The notes under the pieces: model-generated
Seen by the model: the letters and a program-made list of their open reading frames with translations, nothing else
Database searches by the model: none
Told to the model about the DNA's origin: nothing
Made by a program: the position numbers and the translations under genes
Shown here: positions 36,086-50,429 of the stretch, piece after piece
Layout of the letters: each line of letters begins with the position of its first letter
Position numbering within the stretch: the first letter of the stretch is position 1
Assembly: GCA_028534125.1 (NCBI GenBank)
Contig: CM052817.1
Location: 98,086,001-98,150,000 of the forward strand
DNA: 64,000 nt
DNA from: Lama glama
Lineage: Eukaryota
Reading direction: 5' to 3'

Positions 36086-39000
36086 AAATTACCCTACAAG
36101 CACTTGGGTCATATGCTGCAGAAATATTCAGGGCTTTGTTGAACAAAATCCTTTTATTTCTTTTTTCTTCTGGGGAGTTCTGGAGTGATGGCATAAAGAT
36201 ACTATGAAATTTTTCCTAGGTTGAGATTCAATTTAGCAGCAAAGCCAACTAAATCCCAACCAAATTCCTACCTTTAGAGGTATCTAAAGATGTATTCAAC
36301 AAAAAAACACAACAGGAGATAAACAAACTTTTTTTTCTTAGACCTTATGTGCACAACTTTTTCCTGTAAATGCTGAGGTCCACACCTTTGGAAGTCTCTT
36401 CAGTTTACTCAAAGGGCGGCGTGCCTCGAGATATTCATTGCTGAAATTCACCTTCACTTCATCTGCCTGCATGAAAGCTGGCAGTTCTGAGAGACAATAA
36501 AATTTCCATATGCCTACTTTCCTTCATTTCTTTCTCAAAAATAAGAGCTTGCTGAAAGCACCAAATGTTGAAAACAAGTATAGCTGATGAGACTAATCTC
36601 TGTCCGTACAATGTGAAAACAGTGAGTGATACAATCAGTTTACAAGCGATGGAACAGTAGCCCCTGACTGCTTTGTGTGTTGGAGTCACAGGTTACACCA
36701 GCTTCAGAGTCGAAACCTTCCCAAAGTTCTTTCTACAAAGAGAATGCACCTCACTTGCTTTCTTTGGCCATTTCCCCCAAATTCTGACTTAAAATTGAGA
36801 TTCTTCAAATAGAGTCATTTAGCCTCACTAGCTTCCAGAAGGCTGAGTCTATTGCAAATTACACATAATGTCTAGCAGAGTGAGCGTGCTTGAAAAATGT
36901 TTTGTCGTGAGTCAATAAATATACGAATCCTAGAATAAAAATGATTACCTCATGCAGGAAATGGATGATTTTATATACACATTCATATATAATTTTATGT
37001 ATAAGATATTATATGTGTATCTATTTAAAGCCAGACGACCAAATAACATAAATAATGTATGGATTAAAATTCAATTTGACTTTAAACAATTATGTAATGT
37101 TCTGAAATCTTCTAAAGCTATAGGGAAGTTAAATTTCCATTAGTAAGGCTATTCTACAGCACTGCATTGTTCATTAATTGTTGCTTGAAGATTGAGTATG
37201 AAGTAATGGATTCTATGGCACTTACATAATATTTTATATTTGCAAAGTGCTTTGCAGTTGTGTGCCAGTTAAATGTTAACTGGCCTTCTATCCATTATGA
37301 ATGAGAATAAGAAATTCCTATATACAAAAGGACAGATGACTGAAACTTTTTAAAAATGAGACCAGCAACCTTTTCATTAACTACATATGTCCTGTAAATT
37401 ATTGACCTGTCTACATCTTCCATTTTATGAAGAGTCTTTGAAGTTAAAAGTTTAAAATACAACCAGTCATTCCTTAATATTCATTCAGATCTTGGAACAG
37501 AAACTGCGCCAGTTCCAACAATCACATTTTTCTCTCTAATCAATATTCATCCCAGGTTGTCAATCTGTCCTGTATTTTAGTGCATTTTAGCACGAATATC
37601 TCTTTTCTTCAATTCTCTGTACTGTTGAAAACCTTTGTCGGTCAGTAGAAACTTAACAATTCCTCCTGTTTTATTGGTCTTTGTATTTTTTATGTCAAAG
37701 TCTTTCAGACTCTCCTTGTTATTTAAATGTGTTCATCCTTCAATAGGACTAATCAATATTTTAAAATATATATATTATCTCTTCTCAGTTCCTATCATAT
37801 CAGACTTAGAAACATGGAGTCTTTTTCCTAAATAATATTATTTATTCTTCTTAGAGGTAATTTTCATTAAAATCTTACATTAGAAAGATGAGAGGTTTTT
37901 TTGTTTGGTTTAGTTTTGTTTAAAATAAAATTGGGTGACCTGAAATAGGGCCTGCAAAACCTACCAAAAGGAAGAAACTGTCAGAACCCACACAAAGCAC
38001 ACCTTGCAAATTCCTAGCTCAGAGTAGGTATTTGTTGAGAAATAATTGTAAATAGTGTTTATGCTGATATCTGCTTAAAATGTAGTGACTATAAAATGCC
38101 CATACAGATTAATTACATAGCAACGTGCCTGATTTTTTAATCAAACAATCCAGAACGTTCACAACCCTGGCTGGAGTCAGGAGGATGGAGTAGAAGGCAC
38201 AGGGCTAGTTCAAGGGACAGACACCCTATAAGGATATAGGGTGGAGCGAGGAGGATGGTGGGGATGGGAAGGGGAGGGCGGGTGGGGGAGAGGTTGCTGC
38301 AGAACCATCACCATGAGACAATGCACAGAAGGGAAGTAGCAGGTGGAGGGGGAAAGCAGTGCAACAGGGCAGAGACGTGAGTTTAATTTGAGACACTTCA
38401 GGATTAGGGGAGAGATGTCTGACAGGTATATGGAAGAACAGAACTGGACCCTGGGAGAGGGAGGGAGGCAGGGATGGGGTGGGGAGTGATAGATTTACCG
38501 GTCATCTGCACCATTATTTCTGTGGGTCAATTTTAAACAGAGATTTGGGTTTGCAAACTCAAGATGTAAATTCTGCGTATTTCTTTTAGGATGCTTTGCT
38601 GAGCTTAAGTAAAGGTATCATATCAACTATATTATATAAGATCGTATAAAAGTAGAGAAAGATGTAAAGAAATAAAATCATTCAAATACAACAGGACTGT
38701 TTTCATTCATCCTAAGCTGTCATCACCTACTCCTTATCTAACTTTGGCTTTTTCACACAACACTCCTCAAATATAATGTTTTAGATGTTCCAAAAATTAG
38801 GGGAAAATTAAGGTTGAGTTTAGCCGCAGAGTCTAGAATGTCCTGGCTCTGGAACAGTGAGTTTTTAAAATTCTTTTTTTCTCATTAACCCCTGCCAGTA
38901 AGGTTCTCCTAGCTACCCACTTACACTCACTGTGGAAGAAGCATTGTTTTGGTTTTTATCAGCATTCTCTCTGCTCTAAGGGTTGTGTCCTGGGCCCATT

Positions 39001-40801
39001 TCTGATCGTAGAGCTTCTTGCTTTCTTTAGACTTGGGGTGAAGAAGAACTACAAAAACAAAAGCGAAAAAGTTAAAACTCAATACATGAGCTACATTTTT
39101 GTGACCCTGAAACCATAAAATTCTTCCGAATCAGACAAAATTGTGTCTTTCCTGCCTCAGCTCTTTACCCTCTGTGCCCCTATCTGACCTTTGCTCCTAC
39201 GTGTTAGACAGTGCACCCTCAGTCAGCTCTGACACATAACTCATTTCAGATATAAAATAGCTTCCTGAAATATTCATATTTATCGATTTTACTAAAGCAT
39301 TTCACAATTCTTACGTATATTTGAACAGAGCCTTAAATTTAAATTTTCAAACATAAAAACCAAGATGAAAAAAGAAATTTAACACAAGCCTATGCTCAAT
39401 GTACATTTGTAGCATAAATATTTTCTAAGTAAAATACTTAGAAATGGGACATTTCAAAGTGAAAAACTTGGTCCTTTTCTGTTAGCAGTCAAGTGAAAGC
39501 GGTTTGAATTTAAGTTGTAGGGAAAACCTCTAAAGAGAAATGCCAGTCTTAGGTTAAAGATCTGGGGGGGGGGGAAGTAATTGCTAACGTATTTGGGATA
39601 GCCTGAGAAATAAGAAAAGCATCAATTCACATCAAATCAAAAGATTACTTAAAATTAGGTAGAATTGAATTTGAGTATTAAAGGGATCCATGAAGGCTGT
39701 ATTCCAAGTCTCAATAAACAGGCAAATATATGTGCATTACTCACTATAAGGTAATTAGTCTCCCTTTGCATATTTAGAAAGAAAGTTTATTGGCAGATTT
39801 TTTAGCGTATTTGTGTTATATTTGTCTCACCGCTTGGAAGGCAGTGCTTTCAACCTACAAAGGAATGCTTCTCATTTTTCAGGGATGTGCGTTCTCGGTG
39901 CCTTCCATGTTCCATATATGGAGTCAAGAAGAATCTGTGTCGTAACACTTGATGTCTGAGCAAGAAATTTTGTACATCATGCAAGTTATTTATATAATTT
40001 ACTGAGACTACAGCAGATATAATATGTTGCCAATTTAAATCTTTACATAAGAAAGAAAATATGTGCAGTGTGTAAGATAGTGCTTGAAAGCTGTTCAGTT
40101 TGACTCATTTCCATGATTTCCATCAATCAATCATGGATTCTTTGGTGCAAGAGTTTTCATGTTTACACTCCCTCAATGAGTACACAGCAATACATAAGGC
40201 TTGATATCCTTTTTCTTCTTATAGTTCTTTTCATTAAACCAGTCTAAGGCAATGCATATTTGAAAACATTTTTTTTCCACAGTGACTATGTGATAGTGGC
40301 AATGCAGCAATGTTTTCATCTTTCTCTTGAGATTCTACTTAATATCCCAAGCATAGCTGTGCAAAACTTAGTGAGCCAAATCTAGTGGGTGATTTAACAG
40401 AGGCGTTTATCAAAGATTCTGCTGAAGAACAATAATGAAGCACAAACACCTGGAGGCTGAACCTAGCCACCTTTCCCACCAAGGATGTGTGCCCCCCAAA
40501 GATGGAGTAGGGTGATACACCTGGGACAGTTCTCCCAGAGACAGGTTTCCCACTTTGTCTAGTACTTTACCCAGAACATTACCTTGAGGGGAGAGCAGGA
40601 GGCCAGGGCAGGAATGTAAGGACTGAGCAGAAAGGCACGTGGCAAACAACTATTTCATCAGTGGAACGGAGCCTATAAATAGCCAGACGTATCAAGGCCA
40701 ACTGGTTCCATTTGCCTATGTTTTCCTTGGCCCTGCTGTTAATTACAATCCTTTTCTGTCTGCTGTGCAGCTCCCATGGGATGGACTGGGTGAGATATAG
40801 G

Positions 40802-40961
40802 TAGCGTTGCCAGATTTAGCAAGTAAAACACAGGGTGCTCACCCTTAAATTTGAATTTCAGACAATGTATATATTTTTCAACAAGCAATGAATAAAATTA
40901 TTTGTCATGTATCCAAAATACAAATTTAATTGGCTATGCTGTACTTTATCAGGGAACCTTA
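40802..40961. mobile_element. MER53 hAT MITE with its centre deleted
   Basis: TAGCGTTGCCAGATTTAGCAAGTAAAACACAGG...TTAAATTTGAATTTCAGA with the inverted right arm. 8-bp TSD GATAT(A/G)GG at 40794-40801 and 40962-40969. Confidence 0.85.
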
Positions 40962-41633
40962 GATATGGGGAGAAAACATGGAAGAAGACGAGCTTATGAA
41001 AAAGAAAGGAAGAGGGGATGCAGGGTAGCTGAGGTCATGTAGGAACAGCCTCTCAGCATCCCTGTCCTCCGTGGTCCTTCCTCTCCATCTCTATTACTGG
41101 CCCATGCTGAGTGTTCCTCTTGATCTTCTGCTTTGTTAGAAATTTGAAAGTCTACTTGGACATAAGAGCCACAAATATACTTTACTACATTTGTTTTCCA
41201 AACTATTTCTTTGTTGACCAAACTATCCCCTGGTGTTGACCACACACTGAATTCTTCCTTTGACTCTTGTAGGCATACAATCTATCTCCTCAAAAACTGG
41301 AAATAATTGGGGCTAATGAGAAAGGAAGCTTCCTAGGCACCTTGAGCTCAATGCTCTTACATTTGCCAAAAGCTTATTTTTTTTTAAAAAAAAAAGGCAT
41401 TTTAAGAGAATTTTTACTCTCCTCCTAAACCAACACCTTCATTTAACTTCTCATCTAAAAGTTTCCTGTCACCATCACATACATCAAACATTTTTTGGAC
41501 AACTCACTAAAGATGGATGCTATGGATAAAGCAGGATCTTGTGATTCTAAGACATTCTCTAACTCATGAAGGGCAGCCAAACTTTATGAACCTGGAGAGC
41601 TTCAGCCATCATGGCTGATAAAGTAGGTGATGG

Positions 41634-42081
41634 TGCTATAAAGAAAAAACATTGCCTACTGCTCCAGTTCTACAAGGATCAAGCCAAGAGCTACTGCACT
41701 GCACCCTGAGGGGAACTTAGGGTGGGGAAAAACAGGAGGCATTCTGCGCTTTGGGTATACTGACTCGACAGTTAAGATATATATCTAAAGAAAATTTTCA
41801 ATGGCCCTAGATTCTTGCATCTTTCCATTCATAGAAAGGCACTAAAATCATTAACTTGAGATATCTATTCTTTGGGATTAGTAGTAATCTTTTGATGTTC
41901 AACTTACATGGGTTTTTTTTCCCCCTAGCAAAAAATGTATATCCTGACTCCTCCCTTACTGCTTCAGAGCAGTTCCTCAGAGCTATCTGAAGGCTGTTTC
42001 CCTTTATATAGTCCTCAGTAAGTTCCCCAAATAAAACTTAATGCACAACTTTTGCATTGTGCATTTCTCTTTCATTCCACG
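41634..42081 (+). mobile_element. ERV1-class solo LTR (ungulate type)
   Basis: 'agagcagttcctcagagctatctga...atagtcctcagtaagttccccaAATAAAactt...ttgtgcattt' R/U5 signature. No PBS follows. Confidence 0.75.
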
Positions 42082-43879
42082 GGGTACTTGGGAATTTCAA
42101 TCCAATCAATAATCTAAGGTTGATTTGCACTTTGTTCTCTATGCATCTGGCTTACTGTTTATTGTTTCTGTGTGGAGTGCAGTGCTATACCCATGGGTAT
42201 CTGATGTGGGATCTAGCGCCATGTTGGATCTGATTGAACTCTTGGAAGCTGAAGGGTTAAGGAGAAGGACTTCACCATTCCTTCAATGAACTCATGCTTT
42301 GGCTCTCCCCCATGCATATAGAATGCGGCTCACACAGAGAATGAGCGCATGATGTTGTGATCTCATCCTGTAGTGGGACATTACTTTGTTGGCTCCCACA
42401 CTTGAAGCAGTTTGAATTTCTCAGCAGCCATATATCACCCACTTTGACAGAATTTGCAGGTTTGCTCTTTACGCCAGGCCTAATGGATGAAATGAAACTT
42501 GGTGAGCTCCCAGAGTTGGACAACCTTCAGAATGCTGAGACAGGCCAAGGAAGGAAGAAAGTCCTTGCTTGCGTTCTCCCGAACTCAGCCCTCCCCATGC
42601 GTGTGGCGGCGTCCTGTTGATTCAGTGAGAAGCCATTGAACTTGGTGTCAGCAAGTGGTCTCTCGAATGACAAAAGCTTCTGAGATTCCGCAATCTTTGG
42701 TTCAAACCTCCGGTCCCTCCAGCCAGAGAAGATGGCACTTAGAATGTGAACACCACCTGATCCTCACCGTCTAGCAAAATGACGTGCACAAGCAAAGCAT
42801 AAACTTCTGCCCATGCCCGGTTATCTCCAAGAGAAAAAAACACACCATAAAACCAGTTCAAATTGCTAGAGTTGGGTCTCTTTGTTTGGGGTTTTGCCTT
42901 TTATTTGCTTGTTTATTTTAGAAGTCAGCTCAATTTTTTTTTATTAAGATTGATCTTAAGATTAATAGCCCTAAATCGATTCCTATTGTACTTGTTTGTT
43001 TAGAATGACATCAAATTAACACAGTTTTCAATGAATGAATCTTCAGATGCATTTGCTGATGTACTATTTCAGGTGCATTTTTTTTCTAAATCTGTCTGAA
43101 ATATATAAATTTCTTATATACAAATCATTAGTGTATTTTATTTCTTAGCAAGCTATAAATAGGATGAAAGTACCTCTTACATTTATCTTTTTCTTATATA
43201 CCACAATTTTGGCATTGCTTCTGATAATGATTGATATGCAAAAGTAGGTAAAAGTCATCGACCCACATAAACAACTTGTTTAAATGCTGAAAGTATAGTT
43301 GGATTTAAGATCAGATCCTATCTTTTGCTTTCTCCAAATAAAAATCTTATTCAATAGGAAATCTGATAAACATCTGAATGGGGTGAAAACATCATCTCTC
43401 ATAACTGAACTTTGCTTAATTTACTTGTTAGTTAAGCTCAGTAAGGACGGAGGGCAGGACTGGTGTGGAGTTGATGTGACTTGATATATTATGAAATGTT
43501 ACAGCCCCTGGGCTGAGGTCAAGTGAAGGTGGAAGAGATGACTTCATGTAGGTTCCTGCCAGAACCTTGATATCCAATGTCGACCGCTGACAACAAGCCA
43601 AGTGAATTCACTAACATTTGGACGCTGTACAATAAGTTTGGTGCCCCATGTGACTGCATAATAGGTCTCTAAACCCCAGATTAAACTACGTACGAAAGCT
43701 GAAGAGTTGTCAGGGCGACTCAAACTTTACGACAAAGGAAAAGAGGTACTTGGTTGTATTCACAGACAACTCCATTGACCTGACTCTGAGGTGTACTTGT
43801 GAATACTAATGAATGTAACTGACTGTGCACCTTGTGTGAGGATGAATTTTAGAGCTCAATCTCTTTGAGACAAAATTGT

Positions 43880-44065
43880 TGGCTCTGTCCATATAATTTG
43901 CTTGTTTATTTTCATGTTGCCCATCCCCTCCCGCATTAGAATATTGGGTCTATGAGAATGAGAATGGTTGCTTTGTTCACTGCTGCATGTATTCCCCACG
44001 TGTAGAAGGGTCCCAGGCCCATAAGGGGCACGTGGTAAGTATTTATTAAATGAATGATAAATGAT
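43880..44065 (+). mobile_element. L2 3' end
   Basis: 'ctatgagaatgaga...tttgttcactgctgcatg...ccaggcccata...gtatttattaaatgaatga'. Confidence 0.75.
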
Positions 44066-44195
44066 GAAAGGAAGAAACATTACACTCAGGTTATCGGGTA
44101 CCATTGGGTAGAAGAAGGATAGGAATAAACTGTGAAGAGTCACAGAGCAGTATCACCTATATCTGGAATATTACCTTCACAAAAGACCTAATATA

Positions 44196-44468
44196 CTTCT
44201 GGTTACCGGGGAAAGGTGATGGAAGGGATAAATTTGGGAGTTTGTAATTTGCTTATTTTATAAATAAAAATAGATTTTTAAAAAGCTTCTTCTGTATAGC
44301 ACAGGGAACCATGTTCAATATCTTATAATGACCTCTAATGGAAAACTATGTAAATGAATATATGAACGTATATGCATGGCTGGGACATTGTGCTGTACAC
44401 CAGAGATTAACACATTGTCACTGACTGTACTTCAATAAACAAATAAATAAGTGATTTAAAGAAAAAAA
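44196..44468 (+). mobile_element. L1 3' UTR fragment
   Basis: 'ggttaccgggg...gggataaatttgggagtttg...ctgtatagcacagggaac...gtacttcaataaa' plus A-tail. TSD AAAAGACCT(AA/GG)TATA at 44181-44195 and 44469-44483. Confidence 0.9.
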
Positions 44469-47074
44469 AAAAGACCTGGTATAAATATGTCAAGGTGTTG
44501 AGTTCTTAAAAAAAAAAACCTTCAGCCACAGTTAAACAGTTGAGGGGTATGACATTATAAATAGTTTCCACAATTGGTTAGAACACATATCATGTGATGA
44601 AAAATTATAAATGGCTTTGATTCACAAAGAGAAAAATATAAAGCTGTTTTTCTTCTGTTTTCACTTTTAAGGCTGCTTCTCGTAAGATTAATTCTTTGCT
44701 TTCTTATCAACTTTGTCTATGTCTCAGTGTAGTCAGAAATGGTCATGAGAACCACTTTTGTTGCTGTTGTTGAATTTATATCATGTCTTTCAGACAGAAA
44801 ACTATAATTGACAGTTTCAGATTATACAATACTGTTAGTCAGAGGTTTCATATTTAGCAGAATGTTTAACTAATTTAAATTATTCAAGCCCATCATGATT
44901 TTAGAAAGAGTCCAAACTATTTAGATGAAAATACTTTATTGATTAAACTGAACAAATTATCTTAATTCTCTATTTTTTATTTAGCTTCTTTCATAGGCAA
45001 TGTCCTTTGAAGACTCCATAGAAAGCTTCCTGACACATAGTGTATTCTAAAGTTTATTCATTTACAAAAATATATTTTCTGTCTCTTGGACTATAAATCA
45101 GAGTTTCAAAAGTTGAACAAACTTCCATTGATTTTCTGAATAAATAAATGGCAATGCCAAACAAATGACAAGCAGAGAAAATATCAGTCCTTAATCTCAC
45201 ACATTGACACTGTCACATTTTAAGCTAAATTATTCCATCAGCAACTGTTTGGCAGGTGGAGATGTTTCTTTGCTCTCTGTTCTGGCCTCTCCGTATTTCA
45301 AGTGAAACCATGGCTTCTACAGGAAGTAGTGTAACAGATCTGTGAGTCCTCAAAAGCATCTTTGAAGAGATTTCACAGTATAAGAATCTGGAACATTTTA
45401 TAACCCATTTTTAAAAATGTTCCCCTCAGCATTCCCACTAGACCATAAGCAAAGGTCTGCTGGTCTCCCCTCTATTCACTCATTCATTCATTCATACATG
45501 GATCATTACGTGGGCATAGTCTTTGGGCAGAAACGTTCTTCTCTCTACGTAATCATATGGCAATTCCAATAATACCCTTTTGGAGCTTTGGGGGCTCTGT
45601 TTCCCTCCAGTGGGATGATAAGTGAGGAGGAAGAGATCCCCCAAAAATCATGCAGGAAAAGAATACCAAGATTCTTAGAAGACTGTCCAACTCAGGTGTT
45701 ATTTGAAACCTCTAGGAAATTTGTAGAAGATCCTATCTTAGGCTTTTCTTGGAAGTTTGTGGATAAAACCATTCTTTCCCAAACAGACTTGGTGTGCTTT
45801 CTCATTCCGTGCTTTGTTCCTCATGCACCCTTTGTCTAGAAGCCTTTGCATCGTCTGCCGTATGGAATGTGGTCTCTCATCCTCCAGGGCTCAGTGTGAA
45901 TGGAGCCAAATCCCCTCTCCCAGACCTTCTCTAATCCTTCTGGCAAGAGTCATTTCTTCTCCCTCTGAATTTCCTCAGCATCTTTATTTAGAGATCTAAT
46001 GACCTTTAAACATTTTCAACATATTTAACAGCTATCTGTGTACCTTAGATAAACTTTTGGAAAGTTGTGAGTGTTACTTACCTTTGCATCCTCCACCTCA
46101 ACCAGATGAGTGATTCGCATGCAATAGGCTGTCAATACAAGCAGGGTGAATACTAACTGAATGGTATCTCTCTTTTCCGTAGGAGGAATAGCTCAAAAAT
46201 TACACAGCTTGACAGCATTGCCTTTTCCATTTCTAGCCAGTCTGTCTTCTTTATAAAATAAAAGGCTGGAGATTAACCTACTTAAACTTAAAAAAGAAAA
46301 AAAGTGAAAAAAACAAACCCTCCTGATAATGGCGGCTATAAACCAGCTGCTATACCTTTTAAGCTCCTGGAATTCAGCCTAATCTGACTTCCCAGGAATC
46401 TCAGAGCTGTCGAATGTTTGATTCCACACTAAAATTCCAAACATCAACATTAAGAGGCTGGTTAATTAACTGATCATTCAGGTTCCTACTTCTCTCAGTA
46501 TTCTGCTTGGCTCTTAGATAAAAGAAGGCAACAGAAAAAAATTAAACTAAAACTCTGGCCAAATAATATACAGGGAAGGGAGGTTGAGTATCCAAAATTG
46601 AGAGTCTCACTTTGAATTCTTTGTGTATTTTGATTATAAATTTAAATAAAATGACAACTATCCCAATCAGAACTTTCCCTTAAATCACCTGAATTTATCT
46701 AAGCTTTGTTATTTTGTTAGTTTTTCTGGTCATCCTTGGACTTCAGTAGCGGGTACACACTGTATTATATAATTTTTCTTAAAAGAAATTTCCTTTTTTC
46801 TTAAAAGTTAATAGTCATGTCCAGGTCACATAGTGAGTTAATGTTAAAGGTCAGCTTTAGAATCCAGGTTTTCTGTTCCCTAATTCAAAGCTTTTACATA
46901 AGTGTTAAAAATCCAGATGCCATTAAATATCAAGCTCCCTTTGAGCACATAAAACATGATCCCATTAATAAATAATTCAACCTGAATGAAATTTTTCCAA
47001 GAAACCTCTGTTACCCAAAGCAAGACGCAGAAGTCATAAGACAAAGTAATAAAATTTAAAATAAAGTTAAGGCA

Positions 47075-47678
47075 AATCATTTGGCAGTTCATTAAAAGAT
47101 TAAAAATAGAGTTACCATGTGACAATTCTAGATATCTACTTAAGAGAGAAGAAAACAAAGAAACATATCCACACAAAATTCTGAACAGATATTCATAGCA
47201 GCATTATTCACAACAGCCAAACAAGTCAGTGGAATAACTCAAATGTTCATCACTGATGTATGGATACGTAAAATGTGGTATATCCATTCAACTGAATACT
47301 ACTTAGCTATGAAAAGAAATAAAGTCCTGATACCTGCCACCTCATGGGTGAACATTGAAAACATTATACTAGGAAAGAAGTAAGTCACAAAAGAACAATA
47401 TTGTGTAACTCCAGTTATATAAGGTGTCAAAAAATAGGCAAATCTATATATAAGAGAAAACAATTACTGCTTCCCTGGTGGAGGTTGAAGAGACAAGTTC
47501 CAGGGAAAAATGTGTGACTGCTAATGGGTATGCATTTATTTTGGGGGTGTTGAAAGTGTTCCAGATTTGATTGTAATAATGGTTGTCCAACGTTAAGATT
47601 ATACTGAAAGCCATTAAATTGTGCACTTTAAGTAGGTGAGTTGTATGGTATGCAAATTATATATCAGTAAAGCCATTA
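47075..47678 (+). mobile_element. L1MB-type 3' end
   Basis: 'ttggcagttc...gagttaccatgtgac...attcatagcagcattattcacaacagccaaa...aaatgtggtatatccat...gactgctaatgggtatg...gttgtatggtatgcaaattatatatcagtaaagc'. Confidence 0.9.
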
Positions 47679-50429
47679 CATATTTGTTTCAAAAAGGTAA
47701 ACCTTAACGGCCTAAGGTCCAATTTATTCATTTATCATTTACTCTTTTTTCATTCGCGTATATATTTGCTTCCCCAAATTAACCTTCCATGACCTTACTA
47801 CCTCTCAACCTCCATCTCCATCTCTAGACTGACATTATCTTCATAGCACCCCTCAATTTTCCTTCAGAGCACAACTCACATTTGTAATCACACTGCAGTC
47901 TTCATGACAAAGTCATCACATCTGTTCTGGTCACGATTTACCTGTACTACATAGTGCAGTGTGCGTGGCACATAATCATTGCTTTAATGACTGAAATATG
48001 AAACTTTGCACATTAAATAAGAACTTGAAACCTGCTAACACAGCATATAAATATATACATATAATTGTATGAAGATACACATGGAAATAATACAAATGAA
48101 GAATAGATAAAGTTGACTTTTGATCCCAAATCTTCATAATTTAAACCATGCTTCAAACCAAAAGAGATCATAGACTGATTTCAGGAAGACCATGATGTTC
48201 CTAATATATGCCAACTTTCTTTGTGTCCTATACTTTTTCTAGGAAACGATGTATAGTTGTCAACATATTTTAATGCAGTCCCTGAGCCCCTGCATGGCCA
48301 CTATTAGACTTTGATCAAAAAGCCCCCAAATGCTAGTAACATTCAACACAAAAATTATCTACTTGTTCACTCTCCCCGTCTAATCTGACATCAACTTGTG
48401 TTGATAATAACACTTATAGATGAACTGAATGTGCCCTCGTGTCTCTATTTCAATTTCTACTGCTTTGGTGCAGGCACTTGTAATTTCCTGCCTGGACCAA
48501 TGTCATAGCAGCCAAACTACTCTCCCCACCACCAGCGGAGAGGTGCTTACGTTCCTCCTCAGTGAATTAGTCATTCGCAGATGCTTTGCAAACAAACAAC
48601 CCTGGGGTGAAGATAGAGTGCACATCTGCAATTATTATTGTTTTACTTTCTTCCTTTTCAGCTAGTACAAGTAAAAGGAATAAGCAGATTCCTCTGAGCA
48701 AAATCCATGATTAATCATCTCTATACTCAGGTCTGGAACATTTTAGATGTTGAATAGGTATTTGTTTAATTGAGTGAAGCTGTACCCCTCAAATGCTGTA
48801 TATGTGCTTTGCATGTGGAAGAGGTTTAATAATGTTAAACAAACAAAAAATATTTCTATATGCTATGCATTCATGTGTATGCATATTCTATGTGTTCATT
48901 ATTTAGGCTTTCCTCAAAACTCTCCTAGGGGGTAAAAAGGCAAAAACCTTGAAAACAGCAGGAATTTAGGTCTACATATGTTGCTTTAAGAAACTGATGT
49001 GTCTTAAAACCAAAGCCAATCCCCTTAGCAGAATAAAACTCCTACATACATACAAACAGTGCAGAGTGGATGAATTTTAACGTAGTCCTGGAAGTTGCTA
49101 CCCTGAAATTGCCATCTTGTTCCAAGGAGATTTCTAGATTATTTTAGTATTTTATGTAAATTTATAATAACTTGAATTCTGAAAGCTGTTTTATCAAGGA
49201 TTCTTCAATTGTGTAGAATTAGTCCACGGGGCTTATTCCATTTTGCTCTTTCTTGAAAACCTTAACACATATTTAGTTATGACCTAACGAAGACCTTGTT
49301 CCACAAAACCACAGAAGCTCAAGTAGCTACTCTACTGTGATGCCACAAGCAGCTTGAAGGGCTTACCTTGTTCTTGCTTCTGGCTTCTGGCTTCTTGTTG
49401 GGCAATTCTCAGAGGTGTTTAGCTCAGACAGCTGGATTTATTATGTATCTTTTGGAAGACAATACATTTTCAAAGAAGGAGGTCCATGCTTGGATTTGAA
49501 AAAGTCCAAAATATAATTACAACTAACGTATGGGAATAAAAGGCACTCAACCTCTTTAAAGAGCAACCCAGGGTTAGATGATCTGCGTCCACTCCCCTTA
49601 CATTATGTGATACACAATAAACCATTGTTCAGCTCCAACTTCCTAAACTACATTTTGCAAAATGAATCCCAAGCCATCCATCATCCCTGGAAATGTGTTC
49701 ACCGTGTTTTCCAGGTTGCACTCTCCTTCCTGACACCCTGTACTTCCCATTCAGCCATTAACTAGCTATTGGTTTTGGGCAAGTCTTTGAGGTTTGATTG
49801 TATCACTTGTAAAGAGTCTAATGTCTCAACTTGCATTAAATCATGGGGGCCAAAGTAGATACGGTATTGAGGCTGTTTCCAGTTCCAAGGTCTGTTCATC
49901 CAGAATTTACTCAGTGCTCTCAGGCTGAGTTACAATCAAGCTAATTTTACTAAGATAAAAATAAAATGGGAAAACCAATGGAGGGCACTGGTGATCATTT
50001 GGAAACACTGAACATCTTCAAAACTCTTAAAGTTCTAAAGTCTGTCCCCTTCCTTCCAATTCAGCTGCCATTACTTTAGTTATCCTAATGTTGCTAGGGG
50101 AAAAAAGTCATTAAACTTCTGATTGATGTCTGCCCAAAAGATTAGCTAGATTCTCAGCTTGTCCCTGGTAATCACTTCAATATATTTCACTCACCTGCCA
50201 TTTCTCACCTTCAGTACATCCCAAGACCTCTAAATAACTCCTAAATTTCTCAGAAATAATTCTTCCCTCTTAAGGATCATTGCAGGGAACTCCCTCCACT
50301 CCCCACCTGCCATCATCATCAACACACATTTTCTGAAAATTCAACCACTTTCATGGTGTTTCCTCAAAGCTTGGAGGAAGGGAACTTTTTGTCTCATTTC
50401 AAGTCTTGTAACCACCATTTGGTTGTGAA

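Noticed and set aside
40630..40690. TATA/MEF2 promoter (CTATAAATAG at 40673, again at 43153) with E-box CACGTG
   Set aside because: Such motifs are expected a few times by chance in 64 kb of AT-rich DNA, and no CpG island or downstream exon supports a promoter.
40802..40961. miR-1302-type microRNA from MER53
   Set aside because: The central MER53 part that gives the mature sequence (TTGGGACATACTTAT...) is missing in this copy.
41634..43850. Provirus extending from the + strand LTR
   Set aside because: No PBS directly after the LTR end and no gag/pol-like translation downstream.
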